DNA of 64,000 nt from positions 18,560,101-18,624,100 of the forward strand of contig NC_092677.1 of assembly GCF_964355755.1 (NCBI RefSeq). The letters run 5' to 3'. Position 1 is the first letter of the stretch; the number at the start of each line of letters is the position of its first letter. This document shows, in pieces, positions 1 to 13,011 of this stretch. The notes below the pieces were generated by a model, which saw only the letters and a list, made by a program, of their open reading frames with translations, was not told where the DNA came from and made no database searches. This DNA is from Antedon mediterranea (Eukaryota > Animalia > Echinodermata). The translations under genes were made by a program, and so were the position numbers.

Positions 1-350
1 AAATCTTGCAGTCTTGATCCAGTTCCTACTGTTTTTTTTTGTTCCACTAATTACACGTGTCGTTAATCTGTCTTTGAAAACTGGGGTTTTCCCAGATATT
101 TGTAAACTCTCGCACATACGTCCTCAATTAAAGAAATCGGGTCTTGATTCTGAAATGCTATCAAATTACAGACCAGTATCAAATCTGTGTTTTCTTGGAA
201 AAGTAATTGAAAAATTGGTATCTCAACGTATACTATCACACGTAAAGGATAATTCTTTACTTGATCCGTTTCAATCAGTGTATAAAGCATATCACAGTAC
301 TGAAACTGCACTGCTGCGCGTTAGCAATGGTATACTTCGTGCGATGGATG
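1..350 (+). mobile_element. Fragment of L2/CR1-group non-LTR retrotransposon reverse transcriptase, intronic
   Basis: ORF 14..379 reads VNLSLKTGVFP...NYRPVSNL..LGKVIEK...DPFQS.YK..HSTETALLRV, the N-terminal RT motifs of L2/CR1 LINEs. Similarity stops near 350. Confidence 0.85.
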
Positions 351-713
351 TGTATTACATAATTCTTTTTTCTTGTTAATGTAAACTTGGTCAGGGGGAC
401 GCATTTTATCCAATTTTTACGACACTGTTTTCTAACCATTTTATGATAATACTAAAAACTTGCCATGTTTTAACCTTTTTAAACATTTAAAATATTAAAA
501 TATTTGTTTGAGTTTAACCATTTTATCAGATTTGTTATTGTTATATTATGTTTATTACATGTAAGTGACAAGTAAGACAATTTTGCACAAAGTGCTTGAC
601 GAAATAAATACATTGAACTGAATCGAATATATTCTTATTTGATATCTAAATCATTATTATAATTATGATCATTATAATGTCTTCATTTTTATTTTTTTTC
701 CGAAAAAAATTAG

Positions 714-959
714 ACAACGAGGCTCCAATTTTTTATACTTGTCCATCAAATATTACTATGGCTACTGATTCTAATCAAGCATCAGCAATAGTGAACTGGA
801 GTGACCCAAGTGTGTCGGACAACAGTGGAGAGCTCTTGTTGAGTGTTCAGTCTCATCTGTCTGGTGACATGTTTAGAATAGGGCAAACATTAGTTGTATA
901 TAATGCAACTGATCCTTACAACAACATAGCAGTTTGTTCTTTCATTATTTATATTTATG
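714..959 (+). CDS. Gene 1 HYR exon a
   Basis: TAG acceptor, GTAAGT donor, 246 nt, phase 1-1. Reads DNEAPIFYTCPSNI...VNWSDPSVSDNSG...VYNATDPYNNIAVCSF. Confidence 0.9.
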
Positions 960-1252
960 GTAAGTGCTGATTTTGTTTTATGATACATATGTTGATGTCC
1001 TGTAAGATAATATAACAACCACAGAAGAATTCAGCCCTCTTTATATAGTATAGTTTGAAAATGACTTGGCGTGACCGAGTTATTTTCCATAATGTTACCT
1101 GTGTTGAAAATCATGATAGTGTGTTAAACTTAGAAACACTTTTATTTGTAATGATAGTATCTCAATTTTGGTTTCAAGTTGATTTTGTTCACTCGAAATG
1201 TTTTACATTACATTTAGTATTTCTTCAATTTACTATTGTTAATTTTCAATAG

Positions 1253-1501
1253 ATGATGATGATCCAAACTTGCAGTGCCCGTCTGATATTACAACTAATA
1301 CAACATATGGCCAACATGACACATACAATGTCACCTGGAGTAATCCGATTGTAAATGACAATTCTGGTGAAGTTATAAAACCAACGTCCAAGTACACATC
1401 TGGAAACAATGCTTTTAACATTGGAAGTACTGTTGTTATATATGATGCAGTTGATAGTTCAGGCAATGCAGCAATGTGCAACTTTACAATTACTGTTACT
1501 G
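1253..1501 (+). CDS. Gene 1 HYR exon b (GC donor)
   Basis: 249 nt. Reads DDDDPNLQCPSDI...VTWSNPIVNDNSG...DSSGNAAMCNFTITVT. Ends G|GCAAGT. Confidence 0.85.
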
Positions 1502-1786
1502 GCAAGTATTCTTCCATTGTTTGTTGTATTTCAATTGAATATAATTTAAAATCAAAGCATTGCATGTGCCTTTGCAAAGATGAAAACAAAACACGGGGCG
1601 GAAATAAGTTATTCATCAGGAATCAATGTAATTTCCCGGTATTTTTAAAACATACGCAACATTTTTTAAACGTTAGTTTATTGTAGTTCTTAAAGTAACC
1701 CAGTTTTAGATTAGTATTTAAATATACTTTGATATTTACATTAATTTATTTACATATAAATATTACAGTGCTCTATTTTATTTTAG

Positions 1787-2029
1787 ATAAGAAAAATCCA
1801 GTTATCAATAACTGTCCAATTGATACGACAGTAAACACTACTACGGGACTACCGACTGCTAATATCTCTTGGATAGAACCAACAGCAATTGACAATTCTG
1901 GGTATTGGGGTCTCACAGCAGACATTGGACCAGGAAGTGAGTTCCCAATTGGCAATATTGTGGTGACATACACTGCTGAAGATCCATATGAAAATACTGC
2001 TACGTGTTCATTTACTGTCACTGTAGAAG
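1787..2029 (+). CDS. Gene 1 HYR exon c
   Basis: 243 nt, AG/GT. Reads DKKNPVINNCPID...WIEPTAIDNSG...CSFTVTVE. Confidence 0.9.
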
Positions 2030-2219
2030 GTATGTTAATACTTATTTTGACCAAAGTGATTATGAAGTAGTCAGTAGCTTTGCTATTATATATAATTGAA
2101 ATAAGTACGCTCTCAAAAGGAAAAAAAAATCAAGTACATCTAATCTGGTACATATACTGTACATGTTTATTTACTTGTTTATATGTATAAAGATTTGTGT
2201 TATCTTTTTATAATTATAG

Positions 2220-2468
2220 ATAACGAAGCACCAGTGTTTACATTCTGTCCTGATAGTCAGTCAGTAAACACTACTAACGGAGAATATATCGGTGTTGCTA
2301 CATGGAACACACCAACAGCTAGCGACAATTCAGAAACTTTACCAATTATCGTTGGCTCACACAACACCACATTTAAATTCTCAGCTGGGAATACACTGGT
2401 ACAATACACTGCAACTGATCCATACGATAATGTTAATACGACGTGTACCTTTACCATTACAGTTGAAG
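2220..2468 (+). CDS. Gene 1 HYR exon d
   Basis: 249 nt, AG/GT. Reads DNEAPVFTFCPDS...WNTPTASDNS...CTFTITVE. Confidence 0.9.
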
Positions 2469-2915
2469 GTATTCTTTTGAGTAATTGCTCTTGTTGATTT
2501 ATTTCATCTTCAAGTTATTATTACAATAACATTGATACTGTTTTTCCGTTATTTTCTTATAACTTGTTTTATGATATTATCTATCTACTCAGTACACTAT
2601 GTGAAACACGATATTAAATACACGTGGATCTGAACTTTTCTCTGCCATGAGCCATCTGAATAAACATTGAAGCTATTTCATTTTACGATAATTATGATAA
2701 TATATGTTGTCATCATTTGTAATGTATACGTTATAAGCCTATGCCCCTGTGGCCGTTTTTTCACATGTATATATTCTGAGATCCCTCTCCATTTCTTTTT
2801 TCTCCATGTTCTTCATATATATATATATATTTAAAGAATGGAAATAAAGAAAGAATGCATTACTGTACTTGTTTCATTAAGTTATAATAATATCTAAAAA
2901 AACTTGAAATCACAG

Positions 2916-3167
2916 ATAATGAAGCACCAATTATTACGTCTTGCCCTGAAAATATTGAGACAACTACTGATACTATAACAGATTCTACCACTGTGACTTG
3001 GACACCTATTACTACAGCTACCGACAACTCGGGTGTAGCACCAAACATCAATACTACTATTGAGCAAGGAGCAACATTGGCCATTGGGAATCATACCGTT
3101 GATGTAACTGCAACCGACAGTTCTGGAAACATCAACACCACATGTTTTTTTAATATTGAAGTTTTAG
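2916..3167 (+). CDS. Gene 1 HYR exon e
   Basis: 252 nt, CAG/GTAATA. Reads DNEAPIITSCPENI...VTWTPITTATDNSG...CFFNIEVL. Confidence 0.9.
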
Positions 3168-3436
3168 GTAATAAATTACATAATGTACTCATCCTTTGTA
3201 TTGAAACTGCAAGTAAATGTATTCTAACTTATTAACCCTTTAAATTAATTATTTGGGCCTTCAATATCTAATTATAATCTAACTCAACCTGATTAGAGTA
3301 TACTGGATTTCTCTATGGTAAAAATCAGTATCGAAATGAAGTATATATACCAGTTTACTGTATTTGCCATTACGTAAATTTATATATTTTTGCAGCTAAA
3401 ACTATCAAAATAATCATCTTAATTTAATTCTTGTAG

Positions 3437-3682
3437 ATGATGTACCTCCTGTACTTACATGTCTAAATGACACATTTCTTATGCTTGGAAATACAAGTTC
3501 TACCGTTGTTGTCAACTGGACCCCAGCTAGTGTTTTTGATAATTCTGGGCTGGCTATAGTGCTTTATTCTTCACCAAAGATGAGTGGTGACAAGTTTAAT
3601 ATGAGCACTTTTGTTATAACTTATACTGCCATTGATGCTTTTGACAATATAGCTACGTGTACCTTTACAATAACTGTTAGAG
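3437..3682 (+). CDS. Gene 1 HYR exon f
   Basis: 246 nt, AG/GT. Reads DDVPPVLTCLND...VNWTPASVFDNSG...CTFTITVR. Confidence 0.9.
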
Positions 3683-3934
3683 GTAAATGAAAATCAACTC
3701 AATTTTTGTAATTTTATAGCGATTTAAACTTTACTGGTATAATAAGTACTTGGCTGTAGGCGACGCAATTAGCATAATACATTCCACTGGCTGGCTGCAT
3801 AAAAAAGATTTATAATTCAAAGGTGCATGACCAAGTAGCTTGTCATATGATGCCAAATTGTAGAATGGTTATAAGGTCTGATATATCTGCTGACCCATAT
3901 AAAATATCTAAAACTGTATTGATTTTTTTTATAG

Positions 3935-4180
3935 ATTTGAAATTACCATATTTTGAACAATTTCCGGAATCGTTTACCGTAGAAACAGATCCTGGGTTGT
4001 TAGCAACAGCTAATGTGTCATGGATTGAACCAGTTGCTATTGACAACAGTGGTATAAAGAGAACAGTGCAGAATTATTATCACAATCAGATGTATAATAT
4101 TTCAACATACACTGTGATGTATTTTGCTTATGATAACTCAAATAACAATGCAACATGTGAATTTGTCATTTCAGTGGAAG
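3935..4180 (+). CDS. Gene 1 HYR exon g (first conserved Cys replaced by Phe)
   Basis: 246 nt, AG/GTAGGT. Reads DLKLPYFEQFPES...VSWIEPVAIDNSG...CEFVISVE. Confidence 0.85.
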
Positions 4181-4540
4181 GTAGGTATAACGCAAGCATT
4201 TGAATACGCAATCATTTGAATACCTAAATCTATTTTGAGATTGGTGAATTGATTCCTTATTTTTAAACATCTTTTTGTAATTTGCACTTTATAAATTCAA
4301 AACCATTACCCATTCACACGTACAATACAAATGTAACAGAGCTTTCAGATGCTAGTTTTGTCATGGTCGGTATTATGTAAAATAAACGCCTAGATTGTTT
4401 TTGTCGTCTTGAAAATACTCGATTTGAGCTCAGGTATTATACGTAAGAAATATTAAGTTGAAACACTGTCTAGAACCTGGACTATATATAAACTCCATTT
4501 AAAAAAACTCATGACTCATTCATATTCAGTCAAAGTAACA

Positions 4541-7500
4541 TTTATTTTTTCTTGTCTTTCATAGAAAATAAAAATTAACAGTAAAAATTATTAAAATAAG
4601 AGGGGCAACATTCCTAAACAGCAAAGCTTGTATAAGGCAGCCATAGAAAATTTAAAAAAAAACAGGACAACACGGGAACCGGAAACAGGACAAAAACAGT
4701 AATGAAGACTTTTAGATTCAGGGTACCGAAAAGACTAAATATCAAAACTACAATGAGTGAAAGGATAATTAAACATAACTAGATAAGAGGTGCCGTTTCA
4801 ATTTAAAAGAAAAACTTTTCTTAGACAAAGCACTTTTTATATTAACTGGTACGTAATCCCAAAGTTTAGGACCAGTAAACTTAATGCTATGTTTAAAAGA
4901 AGTAGTTTTAAAAAAAGGAATACGTATTTGATTTGCACTCCGGGTACTGTGGTTATGAAAATTAAGATTGAAACTAAATAAATCATCAAAGTGTGATGGC
5001 AGGATCGAGTTTAGCCATGAATAGAGGAAAACACTTTGTTGAAGATGGTTAATATCCTGAATTTTAAGAAGACCAAATGAAGAAAATAAAGGATTGGAAT
5101 GGGATAAAGGAGGAGCATTTGCTATGTATCTTACGGTTTTCTTTTGGATCAATAACAGTTTGTTTAAGTAGGACGGGTATGTATTACCCCAAATAACATT
5201 ACAGTAAGTGAGGTAAGGGAGGATTAGTGAACAGTAAAGAATCCGGAGTATGTTTTGAGGGATGAAAGATGATAATCTATATATGATACCAGAACTTTTG
5301 GATATTTTGTTTTCGATTTGAGTAATCTGATGTTTCCAATTTAGCTTACAGTCCAGATAAACACCAAGAAATTTAGTTTTCTCAACAATAGGTATTAATT
5401 GATCTTTAATTTTTAGTTTAAAAGTACTAGTATTTAGTGGTATTTGTGAATTTTTGAACACCATACAACAGCACTTCTTTAGATTAACAGAAAGTTCGTT
5501 TGCAGAAAAGTATTTTTAAATTTTGGGTAGATTTTCGGTTGATATTTTAAAAAGGGAATCTATATTTTTATCAGTGTAAATTAGAGTTGTGTCATCAGCA
5601 TACAACAGAAAAGAAAACATATTTGAGGCATTATGGATATCATTTATGTATAATAAAAATAATAGAGCCCCAAGCAGGGAACCTTGAGGGACTCCACAAA
5701 TAATAGGAAGAAAATCAGAAAGGGTGTGTTTAAATTTAGTGCATTGCTTGCGGTTTGAAAGGTAGCTTTTGAATAAATTATATACAGGGCCACGGATTCC
5801 ATAAGTATGTAACTTATATAATAAAATATCGTGATCAATTGTATCAAAGGCCTTCGAGAGGTCAATGATAATACCAATGGCAAATTCACCCCTCTCGAAG
5901 GCCCCAACAATTTCATTTGTTAATTGAAGAAGTGCGGTGGATGTATTATAGTTCTTACGAAAGCCAAATTGTTTATTGTAAAGTATACTATTTTTTTGAA
6001 GATAATTGTATGTTCGATCATAAATAAGGCGTTCAAGTATTTTGGAAAAGATCGGTAGCACTGATATAGGACGGTAATTACTGGAATCAGATTTGTCACC
6101 AGTTTTAAAAATAGAAGTTACTTTAGCTAGTTTAAGGGTGTCAGGAAAGGTGCCATTTACAAAACAAAGATTAAAAATGTAGCAGAGGGGTTCGGAAATA
6201 AAAGGGATAAGTTGTTTAATAATAGACGGGTTAATATCATCAATGCCAGGTGCTTTACTATTTTTGAGGCGCATAACAATATCCATAATCTCAAAAGCAG
6301 TCACAGGAATGAGAAATAAAGAATTTATGGATGGCGGAGGGAGGTAATCCTTAAAATTTGCATTAGATGTGTCTATATTTTTGGCGAGGGTAGGTCCAAT
6401 ATTAACAAAAAAATTATTTAAATAATTTGAAATTATGTTGGGATCATCCGTTAAGTTTACTTCGCAATTTATAGTGGACTCTTCGAAATTCTTACTTTCA
6501 TTCGTTTTTATGAGACTATTTATAATTGTCCATGTTCCTTTGATATTATCCTTCTGCTGCTTAAACTTTTTTTCATAATAATCGCGTTTTTTTAATTTTA
6601 TTAAAGATTTAAGGGAGTTACGGAATTGCTTATATTCATTTATGTTTTTGTCATTCGGATAGCGGAGGGATTTGGAATACAGTTTTTGTTTATGCTTTAT
6701 TGAATTTAAGAGTTCATCCGTCATCCAGGTCTTTATTTTTTTTCCCTGCAGACTGCTCTTGAATTGGAAAATGTTTATCATACAGTCGTTTGAATTCAGT
6801 TTCAAATGAAAGTAAAGCAATATTAGGATCATCCGTACCATAAACACCAGTCCAATTCATGTTAGACAAATCGTTGTTTATGTTTGAAATATTTGTTTCG
6901 TTAAATTTTCTGTAGGTATGATTAGGGCTTACATAGTTTTTGGGACGGTTTGGTATATTTGATAAGGGTGTAATGTTAAAAATAGGCAAATGATCACTAA
7001 TGTCACTATAGAAAAGTCCAGATAGACTTGATGATTGATTGATTAGATAATATATTGTCAATTAATGTTGCTGACGTTCGGGTAATACGAGTTGGTCTAT
7101 TGATTAAGGGTAAAAGGAAATTACTAAAGACAGAGTTAACAAAATTGTTGGATTGATTATCAGACTGAGGTTTAAGTAGGTCAATGTTAAAATCACCTAA
7201 TAAGTAAATTTTAATTGTTGGTTTTTGCTAGATTATTTAACAGGAGATCAAAGCGTCAATAAAAGCATTCGTATCAAGAGATGGTGCCCTATAGATTACA
7301 CCAACAATAATGTTTTGATTGGATTCAAGTTCAAGTTCAATAAAAAGGGAGTCGCATAGGGAGGGGTCTAGGAAAATATCAGTTCTCTCTTTGAACACAT
7401 TTTTATTTCGAACATACAGCCCTACACCTCCACCAGCCCGCCCTATTCTGTTTTTTGAAATGAAAGAATAACTGGAGATATTGGTTAATGGATTATCATC

Positions 7501-9170
7501 TTTCAACCAGGTTTCCGAGACTGCAATTATATCGAAATCATAATTTACATTGGTTAAAAATAATTTGAAAGAATCAATGTTATGAAGTAAACTTCTAGAA
7601 TTAATATGCAAGGAAGAAAAGTGTTTCACGTTACTGAGCTCTCCAATTAAGTGGGTTAGTTGGTCAGGTTGATAGTACTTACAATTGGGCTGGATAGAGG
7701 AAGAGAAGAAATTGGTATCAGGGTCAAAGTCATGAACATGTTTATCATAGTCTGCGTATGGGTTGAAAATTAAATTATTTAATTGATCTTGGTTAGGAAA
7801 TGTTTCGGTACAGGGGTTCATTTGGGAAGAAAATGACATATAAACAAGTAGAAATCCAACACAAAAACAAAACCAGATAAACTGGGGACAGGTTAATGAG
7901 AAAAATAAAAGTGCCAAGTGGAATACCAGAGATCAGTCTCCATAGAGATAAAAGTGCCTACACATTTTTTTTTCTGGAAAAAAAAAATATAAAAAATGTC
8001 TTATTAATTTTGTGAAAATATAAACGAGAACAATTATTTCAATAATGAATTAGGAAATTCAGAAAAAAAAATTATGAATAAACAAGTTGAGGAAACACTT
8101 TAAATTTAAGGTAAATAAATTAATAATAATTTCAAAAATTTAAAGTTTATGCAAACAAAATATGTTCTTGAAAAAATCAAATGGATCTAAACAGTTCCAT
8201 GTATGTGTAAAATAAGAGTTAAATGTTTTCAAGATCAGCAAAAGAACGAATTGGCTTCACAACATCACGGCCTTTAACTTGGATCAATGCAAACACTCTT
8301 CCATCTACCGACCATGCTGACCATACCATACTATGCTCACTTGTTTTGCGTAACAGATCGATGCGTTTACGGGTTAAGTCTTCCTGTATGGATAGGCCAG
8401 ATTCCTTTAGCTTCCTCCGAGCCGTAATCACCATCCTACGATATCTATAGGAGACGAACTTAACAATGATCGGCCTAGGCTTGTTTTGATTTTCTTTCCT
8501 TGTACCAACCCTGTGTGAACGATCAATATTATCAGGAACCAACTTAAGCCCTAATTTATTTTCAGCTATGCCAATAATGATGTTATCCGTGTTTTCGTTA
8601 GCCTCCTCTTTCACACCGAACACACGAAGACAATTTCTCCTAGAATATTGTTCGAGATCGTCGGCTTGCTGATTTAAATTCTCTACCGCCTGGTCTAATT
8701 CATCCATAATGGAATGTTGCTCACGGTGATGATCAGCATACACCGATTTAAAGTCCTTGTTTACTTTACGATCAAGTTCGTTTACCGTTTCTTCAAGACT
8801 GTTAACTTTAATGTTTATCATATTAGTTTGATTAACAACCTGACTAAGTTTGTCATCTATGATAGTCGTGTGATCACTCTCAAATAACTCGATCACTATT
8901 TGCCTAACCAGCTGTGCATGCCTAGTAACCGAACCCTTAGCGGGAAATTCAACAGTGGATTCAGCCATTCTGATGATCGTTACGTCTATAAAATCACTTT
9001 AATCAAACTAAAAACAATGCACAGAAGAAAATATAAGTTATACTTAGCTGATATAGGCAGTAAATAAATAAAATAGTGATAATTCAGGAGACTGATTTGA
9101 AGGTAAAGTCCACTTAATCATGGTATTTAACAGAGCAATCCAAACGATGTTACTCGGCCGAGCTCCACTG
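4541..9170 (-). mobile_element. LINE-A copy 1: near full-length two-ORF CR1/L2-group non-LTR retrotransposon (ORF1 intact, ORF2 APE-RT frameshifted)
   Basis: ORF1 8219..8968 has a coiled coil, LEQYSRRNCLRVFG and RSHRVG..PRPIIVKF. APE motifs are INSRSL, SETWL, GGGVGLY and SDHLP. RT motifs are DLSKAFD, GVPQGS and YADD. AATAAA at 4541-4546 on the minus strand. The 5' boundary is approximate. Confidence 0.95.
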
Positions 9171-12100
9171 TTAGAATCAAAGATCACTTCAATTTAAACA
9201 CTTCCATTATATATTCATATTCATATTCATTTATTATCCAGAAAAAAAAACCAAAAAATTCAAAAAGCATAAATTACATAGAACAACAAAAATCACAGAA
9301 AAAACGCAGAACACTATCGTGGCGGATTGTCAAAAAGCAAAAATATCGCTATAAAAGACTCTCCTGATAGTTCTGGTGGCAAAATAACATTAACAAGGTT
9401 AAACATTTAACAACCCGGTAACATTGAATTTATGTAAAACAGAATAAAAATTGCAATCATTATAAATAAACATGTCTGTGATATATACCGGAATCTCATC
9501 CCACATCCGTGGAAATGAAATAAAAACAGAATAAAAAAAAAGCATTAGTACGAGACTTCTCATGTCTGAAAACAAGTTTCTCACTTCTACAGGTTTAGGT
9601 AGCAAAGCACCATCAATTAGGAAATCTGTACAGAGGCACTTCACAACAAATTTAACACGGATGAATTTAAGTCTATTATAAATCGTGGGTAATTTTAGAG
9701 TCCGTAACCTTTGTTCGTATGACGGCCGCATGTCATAATCCATGTGAAAAAAAACGTGGGAAGCATGATCGTGTAAAGCGTCTCTGAACAGATTCAATCT
9801 GATTGATGGTGCTTAAATGGAAACCAGACCAGTGAAGCGTATTCAATTAAAGGCCCAATGATAGACTTAAATAATTTAGGAAAAACGGTCTGATCATTGG
9901 TTCTAACACACCTTTTAATAAATCCTACAAGTTTATTGCATTTACCAGTAGTCAGAGAGATGTGTTTATTCCACTTAAAATCTGAAGACAAGGTAACACC
10001 AAGATATTTGTATTCTGTTACACTTTCTAGTACTTTATTATCAATTTTATAATGAAAGTACTGTTTTACTTTCGATCTAGAGATCGACATAACCTTACAT
10101 TTATTGTTATTTAGAGACATATAATTATCATTGCCCCATAGGGCTATGCCAGTTAGATCGTCTTGAAGCTTCAAACAACCATCTTGATTATTTACTCTGA
10201 ACAACACAGTATCATCTGCATATAATGCAATATTTAAATTAACTACTGATGGGAGCTCACATGTATACAAATTAAAAAGAATAGGTCCCAACACGGAACC
10301 TTGGGATACCCCCGATAATACATCTTTCCAATCTGAAAGTGAACCTTTGAATAACACTGCTTGGCTACGGTTAATCAGAAAGGATTGTAACCAGCTCATG
10401 AGCTTACCGGAAAAGCCATATTTTTGTAGCATATTAATGAGAACTGAATCACAAACCTTGTCAAAAGCCTTGGACCAATCTAAAAACACAGCATCAACTC
10501 TTGGTGGTTTGTTTACATCTAAACATTTAGCCCATTGGTGGTAAATTGTGGCAAGCTGTGTTACACACGATCTTTTGTTACAGAAACCATGTTGTGTGGA
10601 AGGCAAAAGGCCAAGTTTATCAGCATGAGAAACCATGTGCTTTCCAATAAAGCGCTCAAGCATTTTCCCGACAACTGACGTCAGGGAGATGGGGCGATAG
10701 TTTACAACATTGTCACCAGGGCCTGATTTATGTATTGGTACAACATGGGCTACTTTCCAGTCAGCTGAGACTTTACCGGTTTTAATTGAGATATTAAATA
10801 TCTCAGTCAAACACCAATGATTGTGAAAGATGACAGTTTAAGCATTTTAGGGGAGATACCGTCAGGCCCTGGGGATTTATTCCCATCTAATGAAGTAATC
10901 AGACATTTAACATCTGCTTCATTGATCAGCAGATCAGAAAGAAGAGGATCAACCAATGAAGCTATCATCTGGTTATCATTGGGTACAGGTTTAGAAAAGT
11001 TACTATAAAAAAATGTATTAAATTTATTAGCAATTAAACTAGGATCATCTGTTGTGATGTTATCAAACTTAAAACTTGTGGGAAAACATTTATATCTTTT
11101 AGCATTTAACGAACGCCCAAAAATGTTTTTGGTCTTTTGAGTTTGTTGCCAATTGTTTTACATATTCATAGTAACTCTTTTTACACATATATTTTACATT
11201 ATTTCTAATTACCACCTGTCCCATAGATTAACATTTTCTGGTTTAGATTTAGCCTTTTTATAGGCTCTTTTCTTTTTTCGACTTAACCTGACAACCTCTT
11301 GTGATATCCACGGAGGTCTTTTTTTAACACTACCTTTGCCTTTAGGTACGATCTTATTAAACACTTTCAAAAGCATATCCCTAAAATTTATCCAGGATGT
11401 ATCAACATCATTTACAACTAGACACGAATTCCAATCTGCAGATTCTAATTCTTCGTGTAATAGGTTAGGGTTAAGTTTTGAGTACAGAAATTTTGATCTA
11501 TTTGGTAGTTTTCGAAAACCAGTTAACTCTACATTCATATTAAATTTCACGCCCACATGATCACTTTTACCCAGGCCTTCAATTTGTTCAATATTGAACA
11601 ACTCAGGCCTATTGCTAAAAATTAAGTCCAAGGTGTTGCCTTCAACAGTATTGTTAGCTATTCGTGTATAAAAATTAACAATTTGTACAAAATCAAGCGA
11701 CTCCATGGAGTCAAAAATAAGATGTTCAAAGTTATTTACAAGATATTGTCTTTGGTGACGAATATTAAAATCCCCTAAAAGAATGATGGCTTTGTAGTGA
11801 TGACTATTATCTAGTACTTCTTCCATGGCATTTAAAAAGTTTTGTGTGTACAGAATAGGTGCATTGGGCGGGCGATAGGAGCATCCGATCAAGATTTTAC
11901 CAAGCTTACATGTAATCTCAGCCCACACAATTTCCAGGTTGTTGTGATTAAACGCAGTTGTTGTTGGGGTACACGCATCACTGATGACCAGCATCACTCC
12001 ACCACCATGCCTATTTCGATCGTTCCTGAATATCTGGTAACCACTCCCTATAATTATTTCTGCATCACTGATTTCATTGCCGAGCCACGTTTCTGTAATC

Positions 12101-12506
12101 GCAAGGATGTGAGGTTTTTCTGTATCCAAAACAAGCTGCAACTCTGTTAATTTATTGCAGACACTTCTGGCGTTATACAGCAGTCCAGTAAGTTGTTGTG
12201 TACTGGGAGAAACCACACTGTTAGAAGACTCACTGCTGCAAGTACCAGCTGATCCATCAAAAAACGAAGCATTATGTGGAAGGAAGACACATTTCAGACA
12301 AATCCATTCTTTTCTTGATGAAATAATATCATTAAAGTCAATATCTGTCTGTCACTCCCTGGCAACGCTGATGATATTCATTGAGACAGCTGGAACATAA
12401 AATAAGCGGGGTGTTCTCAATATGTTTGTAACAATAACGACATCCTACATCCATTGTAGCATTCATGTACGTCAACTGGCTAGGCCCAGAGAAGGGCAAT
12501 GAGAAG

Positions 12507-13011
12507 TTTAGGGAATAAGTAATTCGGTCTTTACTTACCCTATTTAGAATACGGTAATGGAGTATTGTAGCAGTCAAACGATGTCCAAAGCTGGAAGTAT
12601 CCTAGGCTCGAAGTAAATAAACTATACGGAGTGTAGAAACCACATATCCACACGAAGCGCGTACGTACGTGCGCAGTGTAAGGCTAGGCTAGTTCAGGAC
12701 AATAATATATACAACGGTACAATAATTGAAACACGATAACATACAGTAACACGTAGTAAAATATGTAAAGTTAAAACGCTAAATATCAAAATGTAATAGT
12801 GCTAATAATTAGGACAAACTAATTATTATCGTAAAACTTGTATTAAAACTCGCAATGGTTTGCTCATAAAATGTCGATGTCTTCTCGTTGAAAACTTGAC
12901 GCAGAGAGAGAGAGAGATCGCTCGTTTCGCGTTCGCTATGTTTACAACAGCAATTTGCATAACTTTACGCGTTGAGCGCACACACGCAAATATGTGTGTG
13001 AAGTTCCTACA
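12507..13011 (-). repeat. 3' LTR of the Gypsy element (505 bp)
   Basis: Direct repeat of 17357-17859. By eye there are 4 substitutions and one AG-unit indel. Preceded on the minus strand by a polypurine tract AAGAGCTAGGGGGGAGC (~13014-13030). Confidence 0.95.

Noticed and set aside
1239-4046. Minus-strand ORFs over the HYR exons (1239..1616, 1773..2054, 2257..2457, 2860..3084, 3843..4046)
   Set aside because: These are antisense shadows of the + strand exons with no independent motifs.
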